A stretch of DNA of 61,874 nt, filler included, from Choristocarpus tenellus KU-1152 (GCA_964200185.2; 10 parts of 10 records of this genome joined end to end with filler, not necessarily neighbours in it); one strand, 5' to 3'; shown: positions 50,050 through 61,874, counted from the first letter of the whole stretch. Program-made: numbers and translations. Notes: generated by a model from the sequence alone, not told the origin.

Positions 50050-50606
50050 GCTGGCACTCAACATCTCCAGCACTCAACATCCCTCCGTAGCTGGAATGGT
50101 GCCTGGCGTTCCATTGAACCGTGTCCTTCCGGTGCACAACAGTGAACGGCAAGAACTCTAGCCCCTTGTACTCTGATGGCTGCGTTCGCACAATGCATAC
50201 GTTCTTTGCAGTGAGCTGTCTCTTCTTCCTTGACAGCTGGCTCCTCAGATAGATATCGTCTATTCCTTTTTCTGTGGAAAATCAGAGGTCTATCTTCTTG
50301 AGTGGGAGCATGTGGGTTACTTGCCACTTGCAGTAGGCTAGGTAGCCAATGAAACAGTTCGTCCAGTAGCATGACATCTCGGTGTATATCAATGTACGGG
50401 AGTCTCCGTTGGTGCATTGACCACCAGTGAAGAACCTGTGCATGGATTTTATGCCACTGAGTTTGGCGACACGTGGGTCGTATCGTCCCGTGTGGTCGAT
50501 CTCGTAAGCTGGAAGGTGAACTATCTCCTGGCTTCTGAATGTGTCGATACGTAGAAGTTTCGTAAACATGTTACTGTGTGGTGTGCCATCCCTATCCATC
50601 CAATCC
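50050..50606 (-). pseudogene. Possible Sola2-like transposase C-terminal relic
   Basis: IVHLPAYEIDH...AKLSGIKSMHRFF...YTEMSCYWTNCFIGYLAYCKW resembles the 'GTR..H...LSCxCxxC' tail of Sola2-type transposases (from memory). Contains a stop. Confidence 0.35.
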
Positions 50607-51258
50607 TAGGGGTTATATTGTCGGTGTGTGTATAGGCAGGGGTGGTACGTGTTGAGTCAGGGCTAGTATTCAGGCAGCATATTGTGACCGATTCGATGCA
50701 ATAATGCAATATATTTTGGGATAGTATGTGCTAGTTATTCCTGTAATAAGTGGTTGGAATATGGCAGACTTTGATACTGGAAAAAATATCAGTAACTTTG
50801 AGTTGTGCGTGAGTTTGACAGTTGGCAAACTTAGGTAAAATAGAAGGCGATTGTTGTAGTGTGAATGGACGGTCTGCGGTCGATTGAGAAGTGTGCGTGG
50901 ACGATTCTCACGCTGCGCGTGGTGCCATACTAAAATATTATAGAAACATTTCGTAAAGCACGTTGGACGATACGAATTAATTGAGGAAGTTTATTCTACG
51001 GGAGATTATAGACTGTGGTCAGTTTTTTAGATGACGAATGGGGAACGTTTGGTGGGTTGTACCTCCGAGAATACTCGCGTATATACTGACTACAATTAAT
51101 TAGTGTGTTTTGTCGTACGGCAAATTATGATCTAGGGTTGGTTTTTGGGACAAGGAATAACGAACGTTTCGTGGAATGTCCCTCTACATATATCCCTGTA
51201 TGCACGGACCATAGTGTCTCTTTCCCTACGGCGAATGGGAAACTTATGGTTGATTTGT

Positions 51259-51325
51259 GAGTGAAAGTATCTTAGAGGGTACAAGTTTTGCCCTGTTTGT
51301 CCATTTGGAACTTGACTTCCCTCGG
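51259..51325. mobile_element. MITE family A end at contig break
   Basis: GAGTGAAAGTATCTTAGAGGGTACAAG... Confidence 0.9.
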
Positions 51326-51541
51326 NNNNNNNNNNNNNNNNNNNNNNNNNNNNNNNNNNNNNNNNNNNNTTAATTAATTAANNNNNNNNNNNNNNNNNNN
51401 NNNNNNNNNNNNNNNNNNNNNNNNNCTTCCACTTTATTCCCCTACCAGCAACGTACTGTACTGCTGTGTGGTCATGACTCAGGAAGAAAGGGACTTTTCG
51501 CGAGAAATTTGTAAGCGTGCGCCAAACTCGCGTGAATATCT

Positions 51542-51665
51542 CCCCGATTTTGTACTAAGTCGCCCGAATACGAGAATTCCGGTACAAAAACCTATTTTTT
51601 TGAGTATGTCGAAAAAAGCGGTACAAAAATGGGCTTGGTACATAATATTTGGTATAAAATCGGGG
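51542..51665. mobile_element. Small putative MITE (third type)
   Basis: 17-bp inverted ends CCCCGATTTTGTACTAA and TTGGTATAAAATCGGGG, internal GGTACAAAAA repeats; single copy here. Confidence 0.4.
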
Positions 51666-51691
51666 TAGGTACTGTATATATAGTTTTCATT

Positions 51692-52153
51692 GTTTTCCCC
51701 CCTGACACATCTCAAAATGTCATAGGGCATAAAAATAAAATAAATAAAATATCCTAAACATAAGAACACTATAAAACATTTGTAACATGCTTTCCACACT
51801 GTAGATTTGTTTTACTATGATTTGTTGTTTGAAGACATTGACCAAACTCGACCTTAAAGTGAGCCACTTCATCGGAGCGTTGTCGGATGAAAGCTTTTCC
51901 CATCAACCCGATCCTTCATAAATCACTGGATTATTTGTTCCTTTTTTTCGTTTTTATTGATAGTGGTGAAGTAACTGATAGATTAGTGGTTTTCACACTT
52001 ACAGTGTTTTATAGTGTTTTCACATTTATGATATTCTATTTCCTTAGTTCTTATTCCAACATAGGTACTTGTTTTCCCCCTGACACATCTGCAAAATGTC
52101 AGAGGGCATAATATGTATTTTTATTATTATGCCCTTTGACGTTTTGCAGATGT
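51692..52153. repeat. Three hairpin+(TAA)n motif copies (51692-51740 +, 52071-52113 +, 52121-52153 -)
   Basis: GTTTTCCCCCTGACACATCTGCAAAATGTCAGAGGGCATAAT and reverse complement. Confidence 0.85.
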
Positions 52154-52504
52154 ATCGCAGTAATATTTTAGAAATAGAAAATTGTAACAATTATATCTGC
52201 TATATAACTAACGATTTCCCCTCATAATAATATTGGAAAATGTAAGGGGGATTTTTTGGTGGTACTTTGAATATAGACCGAGAAATCAAAACAGTTGTGT
52301 TTCACTTTTCCTTTATAAAGCATCAAAGTCATACCACCATGATCAATTATTTGTGACAAGTTCAGACAATAACTTACTGAAATGATTCTACGCCTAATCG
52401 ACCTTAATTCTTACCCATTTCATTGAGGTGGTGTAGTTGATGACTGTGTCGAGATAGGACCTAGAGGATAAAGATAATCGGTATCAAGCCTACTCAAAAA
52501 AAGT

Positions 52505-55500
52505 ATGGTATCCCCATCGAATTGGACGAGTTTTCCCCAAGTGTCCAACCCTGAATCGAGTGAAGAGGATCAGCCAGATTCGGAAAATCTGCGAACAACT
52601 TGTGATGGTTGCACAGCTAGTAAGGTGAAGTGTGACGGGGGGCAGCCTTGCAAGAGGTGTGCCCGAAGACGCAGCCCCTGTGTGTATAGAGAGAAGAGGA
52701 GGTGTGGTCCAAAACGACGCAGACCAACAAAAGAAAATGAGGAGGAAGAGGACAAGGGGGTGCTCTGGGTCTCACTAAGCGACAACAGGTTGAGGGCACG
52801 AATCCTCAGCAGTTCGGAGCGTGATTATCTAGGAACCTATTGCAGGTCTGTCAACAAGTTCATCACTATAACGACCATGACGGTCATAAGGGATGCAATG
52901 AATCCCCTCCCAATGGACTTCTTAGACGAGGGCATTACCCTTAGTGAGGTGCGTTCGTGGTTGAACAGGTGTCGTTTCTTGTGCCTGTAGCTCTTTTGCT
53001 GTAAGGGTAATGTCCAATGCAATAATCCGTGTTATATGCACTCCTCTTCGTACCTCGCTGTAAAGGGTATAGTCCAGCATGTCAGTGGAATCAAGCGTCT
53101 GCCACTAATTTGCCGCTTCCATGACTTCAATACTCCACACAAATCTTTCCTCAGGAGGAGCGGCACACCTTCTACGCGCGCAAAGCGGTGCTCCTGGGTT
53201 GCGTTGCCATTGGAGCTGTGTACTGTGGGGATGATGAAGCAGGGAGCATATATATGGACCAGGCGCATATGTATCTGAAAGATTGCTTTGATGCACTCCT
53301 CCCTGAGGTACATAGGTATTTGGGGCTTGATTGGTGCTGTCACCGAGGATCAAACTCTGGAAGCAAGTCTGCCCTCAAACAGTCAGACTGATGCCTTGCA
53401 ACAGATGTGGAGAATCTTGTGCCCTAAATTGGTTGTTTTTTGCAGTGCGATGTTTAATGCATGGGTGTGACTAGGGACTTATTCCCTGAATGTGATCTAC
53501 TTCCTGAATGTGATCTATTCCTTACTGTGATTTCATTGCCTTGATTGTTTTCTGGTTCTATGGTGGCAAAGGTCGTAAGCTGCTACCTGGTGATGGTCTT
53601 GTTCCACCTGCACTGCTTAGATCGTCCCAAAGTCTTCCGTTACATTGGGTTTGCCCAACAAGCATTTAAGGAAATGAGCCCATCACAACAGGTCTGTCTT
53701 TAATCCTTGGCATTTCTCATTGTTACTACGTGTGCCTCTAACGGACATTGTCTGATACGGGACCTGATGAACTTTGGAATTTCTTCTTTCCGTTGCTGGG
53801 CTTTCACATATTGAATAGGAAGCTTTTTTTTCGGAGCTGAGTGGTAGCTCTGCATGCCTTTAGGTGGGACTGGTGCAATGATACCTTGCCACTGAGGTCA
53901 CACAGTAGACACTGGGCAGTCTCAGTTGTGTTTCTGGAGTAGCAAATTCAAGCTCTTGGTGTCATGGTGCAATCCGCGGGTACATGCAATGGTCCACTGA
54001 TGGCATCATCAGGTTGGCAGCTGCCGCCCTATGTTGTCTCTTTTGATTTTGACACCCTTTGGCTGTGCCTTATCCAAGAGGTTGTCATCCTCCCTGTCCC
54101 TGCAATTTCTTACTGTTTGGTTGTTTCCAGGATGGGGCTGGGGAAGTGAGCGACAGTGTCATGATGCTCAGCACCTTCTTGCATGTTGCTTGTGACAGTG
54201 ACATCAGGTACTAAACCATTGCTAGAGTGCATGTTCATATCTAATCTGTCTTGTGTGCCTACTAATTTTCCTCGGCACATTAGGACAGGCCTCTCTAACC
54301 CATTTTTCTGTAAGTAGTAAAACCTTTCGAGCGTCACCCCATGCTGTCATGAACTGTTCCTCTGTGTATTTTCAGGGTGGAGGAGATTGAAGTGGATGGG
54401 GGAGATTTGAAGGTAGTGTGTGCCAGGAGTATTTCCTCGAGGATGTTGTCCATCTTCTCATATGTGCTGCTGGCCCTGTTTCGGCGAACAGATGCAGCGG
54501 GTGCAGCGAAGGCGCCACTCAAGGCGATGCCTTTGCCATCCCTTGTTACTCTTGGAAGCATGGTCAGTACAAGGCTGCAGGCTATGGTGTTGCTGGAAGT
54601 AGCAACAGGGAGGAGGGGGGAGAAAAGGCATCCGAAAAAGTAGTTCTGTTGTTTGCTTGATTGACTATCCTCTCTGACAATTGGGTGGGGGAGGGCGTCA
54701 AATGAAGTGGACTGGTGCACTTTCCAGATATCCATGCCACAGCTGACCTCGTAAAGTAACACACCCTGCTTGTGCTGGTGTGCTGTAACTGATGTATGAG
54801 CTGTAAAGGACGTTTTGATCTTTGACCCTCCATTTGCTGCACTGATTTCTGCTCTTCGTTCCAAACATGAAAGATGGAGGAGTCCCATCAACTGTTGGAG
54901 ATGATGGAAAACCCTGGTGCACTGTCTATCATTGTCATCAAGACATTACGGGGCTACTTTCTGCTGATGAATACTGGAACGGACAAGAAGGTCATGGAGG
55001 AGGTGGCAATGCCTGTGTCCAAGGCTCTTGAGTCAGACCAAGGCGTTCTGCACTTTCCTCTCTGCTGGCATATGTAAGGGGGTGATGTGGTGAGGGATGA
55101 GGCTGAGATTGCTAGCATTTCAAGGTCAGCGTATTACTGATACACCTGTCATGTTCGGGCATGCTTGTGCTGCACCAAGTTTATATATCGGAAGGAGTGT
55201 AGGCTACTGCTGCTTGTAGGGGAATGGTAAGAGAGAGGCATGTTTGTTTTGAGGGTAGGTGGAAATACTGATACACATCTTGGTCTTTCTTTGGGAGAAG
55301 ATTTGACTTGTCGTCTATGTAGACTTCTTTTCTGTGTTTCAGTGCATAATGAGGCGTTTTTGAAGAGGTGGAGAATATAGAACACGGCCTGTTGATCACT
55401 TGGTCTAGCTCTCTCATATACATAAGAGTTACCTGCACCACGATGAATTTGGGACAAGTATGACACGCCCATTTACTCCACATTTTATGCCACTATATAT

Positions 55501-57290
55501 ATTACAGGTCAATCAGTATTTTTTGGTGATAGTGACTGTACGTAAATACCTGAAATTATCAAGAGTGTTCCAACATATGACCTCATTGGTTGACAATTTG
55601 ATCAAACGTCCTTGCTTACAAGATTCACTTTGTCAAAGTTAAATTCTATTGCATTTTTCAGGGAAGTTACCTGAGCAAATCTCATCCTTCAGTATGATTT
55701 TGAAAGGGTGGATTGGACATACCACTGAATTCTCCACTTCCAAGCTTCCTCTCACTTCTTTTCATGCTTTGTACATTTAGTCTCGGAAAGCTCTGTATGC
55801 CCAAGCATGCCCTATGATTGGCCCAATCATTTTCTCCACATACTTTCCTCCATTTAGTGTTGTTTCCACAGTATTGGGAGCATGTGAAGCACAGAATGAA
55901 GAAGTGCCCATACAATGTGGGTACACGCGGAGGGGACTACAAAAAAGCAACCAATGTAGAGACAAGGCCAAAACGTCAGTTTTTCTTGTAAGGCAAATAA
56001 TAGTTGTGCTGTATCCCTTACACCTAAACTATTTTTTTCGAAAACCCAACCTCGATCACCAGGTGCAGTTGTATAAGCGCCTTCCTCAAACGCATGAACC
56101 AGTCAACTGCTGCTGAAGCTATGGACACCCACATGGAGCCCCTGCGACCCAACCTTTCCTTTGCAGGCTGTTGCTGTAGTGTAGCCCTCGACATATTTTC
56201 AGTGTATGCTGGAGATTCCAATATCTCCAGGATGCCCAACAACGGCCTCTTCTCGACTCCAGGTCTTAGAGGGGTTGCCCAGAGGATTGCCAGTGCCCGT
56301 CTTGCCAATAGCAAGTCTCTTTCATCCACTGTCACGGCTAGTGGTAGGAAAGGTGCTGATATAGGTCCAGACCTTGACCAATGGGCTTCTAGCACACATC
56401 CTGCAGCTGACACAGGCCCTGCCACAGGTTTTGATGGTGAGTCTGGGGCTGACCCAGTGCCTACTTCCAATTCAATGTTGAGGCGAGAAGAGAGAGTTCT
56501 TCCCTGTACTCAGTTGGCAACAGAGACGTCAGCAGAGATGCTAACCGGAACAGAATCGATATCTGCTACGGCGCCCTCCGGGCAGGATTGTGAACAGGGA
56601 CAGGGGGCAATGACCGTGGGACAAGGGGTGTTGAGTATCAGACAAGCCCCCCCCCCCTCCTCCCAGCTAACCCAGTATCCAGACGCAGTGTTGGGTGTAA
56701 GGCACAGAGGGAGGGAGACTCAGAATGGGGGCAAGTATGTGATTTGCAGTGGGGGGGCTGTAGGTGAGGCTGATGTGGTGACAAGGGAGGCACCTGGAGC
56801 AATAGTGGTGGCAAGACAACCACAGGGGGTGGCAAGGAGAGGGGCCGGGGCTGGGGTGGCTGTGTCATCTTCAATTGTTGGAAGTATGGGTGTGGAAGGA
56901 CAAAATACGATAGGGCCATTGTCTGTAACTGGGAGAGTTATGCCTAATGTGGGAGGAGAGGTGGGATGGGGAGGCTTGGGAGGGGGGTTAGGGGGAAGGA
57001 CTGATGCGATGAGTGGGGAAGCTCACCGCCAGGGAGAGGCAGTACCTCCCCAGTCCCCACAGCTACAACAGGCATTGTTTGGGTTTCCAACAAATGCCGC
57101 AAGATATCAATTGTTCGATGGTGGATCTGTGGGCTCAAGTGCCGGTTTTAGTGTGAGCAGTAGTGCAGACGCCTCTCTTATGTCGCTTGCTGCAGCTGCG
57201 GCAGTTTCATCGATGAATGTGTGCAGCAATGGCGATGTTGCGGAGGGTACAGATGAGTTGGGCATAAATGGCTTGGGGCAGTTGCTGTAG
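52505..57290 (+). CDS. Zn(II)2Cys6 (GAL4-type zinc cluster) transcription factor, ~818 aa. Exons 52505-52948, 53155-53307, 53572-53691, 54021-54145, 54376-54562, 54874-55073, 56063-57290
   Basis: CDGCTASKVKCDGGQPCKRCARRRSPC fits CX2CX6CX5CX2CX6C and is followed by a basic NLS. GT-AG, phase-consistent exons total 2457 nt. Exon 4 is the least certain. Confidence 0.88.
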
Positions 57291-58011
57291 TGGAAGCTAG
57301 TCAACCAACTTCACCCGGTTGTTAGTGTTAAACTGTAACTATTGAAGGTTGAGCACTCCCAAGCATATGTAAATTGATGCACAAAGATTTATATGTGAGT
57401 GGAAGGCTTGGGGCAGATTTATGTTATTATAGTATCAAGAGCCCTCCCGATGATTGATGCCATGAAACGGTTGTTCAGTGGTTATGTGCCCTTATCTCTC
57501 TCAACCAGAGGAATGAAAAAGTAGTACAGAGGACTGCTCTTAAGGAGTATCTTGAGGCAAGGGAATGTTCAAAGCCTAGATTTTTGCGGAGATTCATTTG
57601 TGATTTTCACCGTACACAAAACAGCAGGAAGGAGGACTAAATCTTGTGTACATAACGCACTCATGAACGGTCAGGCCAACGCCTGGCACAGCTGTCCCAG
57701 CATCATCACACTTACTGTGCTGTGGATGGTATCAGTGTTAGGTTGAACTTCCCTTTCTACTTCATACTCTTACCTACCAGCTGCTTGCATTGGCAACTCC
57801 CTAGGGAGAATGTTTGTTACTTGCCAGTTTCTGGGTCGTTGTGTTGCTGTGTGTGTTGGTATAAATGTTGCACCATGTGTTATTGCAGCGCTTAGCACTG
57901 GTGGGCAACGTTTTTTTTATTACACAGCATTAGATGTATTCTATTGTTTTACGCAACTAACTCTGATTATGCTGCTCTAGATCATCTGAATAATCATTTA
58001 GATAGAAGTTG

Positions 58012-58278
58012 GACTCAGAGACAGAGTATTTGGGGGGGGGGGGGGGGGGGGCCGACCCGGGGGGGTCCCCCCGCGCCCCCGGGGGGGGGGGGGGTGTTAA
58101 CAAATTTNNNNNNNNNNNNNNNNNNNNNNNNNNNNNNNNNNNNNNNNNNNNTTAATTAATTAANNNNNNNNNNNNNNNNNNNNNNNNNNNNNNNNNNNNN
58201 NNNNNNNTTTTTTTTACATTTCAAAACCCACCCCGGCCACCAAAACACACCAAAAAAGGGGAAAAAGGAAAAAGGGGG

Positions 58279-58315
<37 letters not shown>

Positions 58316-58333
58316 AGATATATACTTTGACCC
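58012..58333. mobile_element. MITE family B-like ends flanking the last spacer (58012-58107, ~58280-58333)
   Basis: GACTCAGAGACAGAGTATTTGGGGG and CCCCAGATATATACTTTGACCC. Confidence 0.6.
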
Positions 58334-58411
58334 ATAGGAGTCACTTTGTCTCCAGGCATGAATAGAGGGGAGGAGGGGGAAGGACTGCAACAAGACAAAC
58401 TAACTACAAAC

Positions 58412-61400
58412 CGAAAATTCGAGTTCAACGGCCTCAATGATGAAGTCCTCTTCCTCGGCCACCATGAGCAGCCCCCGGTAACACTGCATTATCCCTGCCA
58501 AGATCGCAAATCGCCCTGCCCAGATGTGAACGTGCTTGTTCACCTGACAAAAGATAAGAACAAAATCAAGCTTCCAATTAATATTGAAACGACTACTTTT
58601 CAACTAGGGTGCTTTGGTTGAAGAGTTTGAATTGCTTGAATACATTGAGCTCGAACAGGACACATTAAGGTACAGAAGTGCATGATGTACCTACAGGTTT
58701 GAAACCTTCGAAACGAGGGAGAGTGAAAAAAAATATATACTAGTTTGAAAACGACATAATGAGGCACGGTACGAAAATATTTTGACATAATAGGGTATAG
58801 GAAGGGAAAATACAGAAGCTTTGAAAGAGAAATGAATTAAATATATGTACTTCTTTACTCTTCAACGAAGTAATTCTTATATTTATATTATTATGATTAT
58901 CATTAAATAAATATATGTACTTCTGTACTCTTCAATGAAGTAATTCTTATATTTTCATTATTATGCCCTCTGACATTTTGGAGATGTGTCAGGGGGCAAA
59001 CTAAAGAAAAGCCATTTAAATGTCAGAACAACCCCTAAAATGAGGTAAATGTGAAAGATATTTTTCTATTTTCAATTTACTATTTACTATAAAGTATTCT
59101 TACATTGTATTTTCAATTTACTATTTTACTATGAACTATTCTTATATTGTACAAATAAGCAGGGAAGAAGGATTTTGATTTACAAAATATGGCATCAAAG
59201 AAAAGATTCAAAATTATGGACATATACAGAAAGAGAACATACAATAATAATACAAACAAAACACCTTCCTCTTTTTCTAGTACATTATGTCAATATTGAT
59301 ATTTTACAAATCATATTCCGAGTACTCGTGGTCTCATTTTATACTACATCTTTGCAATATAAAAAATACTGTAAGTATATACTACAATGCTAAAAAAATA
59401 AAACAAAAACATGCCATGCAGATGAAAAAATCAAGGAAGAGAATATGCATTTGAAGTATACATACATACATACATACATACATCATCATCATCTATATAC
59501 CAACTATTTCCCGTACACTCCATTATTTTCCTACTCTGGAATATTTTTGTGAGATGGAGAATTAAACGACAGACACGGATACTCACAAAATTATTATATT
59601 ATTATATTTATATATTATTGTTATTATATTATTATGCCCTCTGACACAATCAGATTTAAAAAGAAAATATCCGCTGCTGGACGTTCCTTCACATTTACAG
59701 AACACTTACACATACTATTTCAGAACACATATTTTGGAGGACTTCAACGTGATATAGGCATTCATTCATATACTGCAAAGAAGCACACACACACATCATT
59801 AAAAATAAAATAAAATTCATCGCTTAAAAAATATTCATACTGTAAATAGTATTCATACTGCAAATAGTATTCATACACACATTCGAACCAATAATATCTA
59901 TCTATACGTATTGTTTGTATGTTCCCACTAACTTTCATATAGATCTAATATCTTGCTAAATATATGTACACTTGAGGCCACGTAAGAAGAAATCAAGGAA
60001 ATTCCAAGGATATTCCCACAAGAGTCAAAGTATCTTAGAGGGTAGAGCCGTGTCCATTTGGGGGTAAAAATCCAATGTTGCAATTTTGATGTAATTTTGG
60101 CTATCATGTTCGTTAGGAGATGTCAATATCCTTGTTCTGGACACACCTTCTCATAACCTTAAACATTTTACCTACTCAGAAACATCTTGGAGTAGGAAAA
60201 ACGTTAAACAAAAAAAAACTCACGGGAAGCCAAAAGGGTATACCCCAAAATAGACAAAACAGGGGAAAAAATCTTACCCTCTAAGATACTTTCACTCACA
60301 ATGGTACAAAGGTGATTCAAAGCGAAGAGAACTCAAGCATAGGTCCCCCTCAGCACTCAGCATGGGAACGCGAGCACTAGTCACTAGTCACACTACTTTG
60401 GAGAAATGTGTAATTTCAATTAGTCTTCAGTCGAATCGCACCCGGTGGAGGAAGGAGAAGTTTGAAGCGCCCTTGGCAGTCAGCGCACGTATTCTCAACC
60501 ACCCTGTCATGAGCTGCATCACCACCCCCCCAATCATGTAGAACCCTGCAATCTCATCGTCGTCCAGGCACACAACACCACCAGCATTTGGTTGGTATGG
60601 AAAAGAGTCAGTGCGTGTGCGAGCTCCAACAATCAGAGGAGAGGAGGGGACGGGGGGAGGGATGCTAGATGCTACTATTATTACTTGGGGGGGGGGGGGA
60701 AAGGGGGAAGGGGAAAGGAGAGTAGTTGATGTGTTTTTTTTTTAAAGAAAAACTTGCCCCCTCTGCTGCTTGTTCTCCAGCTGTGGAAGGCTTCACGAAG
60801 AAGTCTACTAAAAAACATTCAAATGGATTTCTTAGGGGGGTAGGTACTCAGAATGGTTTGTTCTTACAAAGCACATAAGGAAAGCACAAATGTATATATA
60901 TATATGTAAGTTGTAACTTGAGAAAAAAAGAAACGTAGCTATCCCGCACTGACTACACCCTCCATCCCCCCCCCCAACATCTAACATCCAAATCCCCTTG
61001 TAACTTCACCCTCCGCTTGCCTTTGGCAACAAGAAGACTGACTCAATTCTACCTCAAAGTAGACAACAGTCAGTATCAAGTACTGTTGAAACTATCCTCA
61101 AAAGTCCATAGTTATTTTCAAAACATTGAAAAAATTGACTTCTCTAAATATATGATAGTTACCATTCCTCTACAAACTTTTGAGTGAATGGCTATTTGAA
61201 TCCTGTGTATGCCAAAGATAAAATCCAACAACCCTAACCCTGAATCCAAACCTTTAGGTTCACGGTTGGATTTCTCAAGGCTAGGGTCTGAGTTCAAGGC
61301 CAGGAATAACGTTAAAGTTTCCTAACCCTCACCTCCTTGCAAAAAAACTAACCCTTTGAAGTAGCACATAGAGGATCATTCCAAAATCCGACAACCCTAA

Positions 61401-61786
61401 CCCTGAATTCAAAACCTTAGGGTTAAGGTTGGATTTCTTAAGGCTAGGGTCTGAGTTCAAGGCCGGGAACAAGGTTACGGTTCCGAACAAGGTGAAGGTT
61501 CCCTAACCCCAACCCCCTCGCAAAAAAACTAACCCTAACCCTAAGCACATAGAGAGAGCCATTTGCTACTAAAACATAAGCCACAAAAAGGCCCCACATT
61601 GCCCTGGACACTTGGGCCCCATCAGCAAGTGCCTCACCCCACATTGCGTGCGCGGAATTGTGGCCTGAGTTGCTGGACGCTATGGCGGTCACGCCCAAGG
61701 GTACAACCGACTCTGCAGCTATGACCATGGCTGATGCGTGGGCACTGTACCAAGGTTGTTCCCTAATTTCCTCCCCTTTCCGGTAC
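58412..61786 (-). CDS. Cytochrome b561 (ferric reductase-like) transmembrane domain protein, internal exons 61786-61638, 60545-60442, 58543-58412
   Basis: Spliced product YRKGEEIREQPWYSAHASAMVIAAESVVPLGVTAIASSNSGHNSAHAMWGFYMIGGVVMQLMTGWLRIRALTAKGASNFSFLHRVNKHVHIWAGRFAILAGIMQCYRGL has three heme-ligand-like His in TM helices with HxxxG and HxWxGR motifs. Splice phases agree. Confidence 0.8.
58957..59647 (-). repeat. Two hairpin+(TAA)n motif copies (58957-59001, 59627-59647), intronic
   Basis: ATTATTATGCCCTCTGACATTTTGGAGATGTGTCAGGGGGCAAAC; ATTATGCCCTCTGACAC. Confidence 0.8.
60022..60297. mobile_element. MITE family A (intronic)
   Basis: GAGTCAAAGTATCTTAGAGGGTAG...TACCCTCTAAGATACTTTCACTC; TSD ACAA. 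Confidence 0.95.
61221..61555. repeat. ~163-bp tandem duplication rich in CCCTAA/TTAGGG-like hexamers
   Basis: AAATCC.ACAACCCTAACCCTGAAT...AAGGCTAGGGTCTGAGTTCAAGGCC...AGCACATAGAG occurs twice. Confidence 0.85.
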
Positions 61787-61874
61787 CTGCAAGATACAGA
61801 ACAAAACAGTGTGATGAACGGGAGAAGCAGGGGGAGGGGGGGGGGGGGGGGGGGTGGACAAAGGGATGTATAGA

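Noticed and set aside
58030-58320. Long G/C runs as functional G-quadruplex loci
   Set aside because: They sit at contig ends within MITE-B termini, where sequence quality and run length are unreliable.

Overview
This is eukaryotic nuclear DNA, not a prokaryotic window. Ten short contigs are joined by nine artificial 100-nt spacers (N-run + TTAATTAATTAA + N-run), so adjacency across spacers is meaningless. Gene content, GT-AG introns and retrotransposon types suggest a brown alga or close photosynthetic stramenopile (inference). Three spliced host genes can be reconstructed by hand: (i) a >1350-aa OFCC1-like protein with three N-terminal FAM13/Sld2-like helical repeats (1756->9727+, +); (ii) a complete ~818-aa Zn(II)2Cys6 transcription factor (52505-57290, +); (iii) a partial cytochrome b561-domain gene (61786->58412, -). 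The rest is mostly nested transposable elements. These include a very dense pair of MITE families with GAG...CTC ends and 4-bp target duplications (Sola2-like, about 23 full or partial copies), a Tc1/mariner-like non-autonomous element (2 copies), Copia, Gypsy and CRE-like retrotransposon relics, a short hairpin+(TAA)n retro-tail family, and a large decayed compound element carrying 78-bp and 89-bp tandem arrays. The best candidate novel system is the two-family Sola2-like MITE system. Both families share an asymmetric 31/41-bp subterminal motif, filled and empty sites occur inside this window, and there is a possible transposase relic at ~50.3-50.6 kb. All family assignments come from recognised motifs, not database searches.
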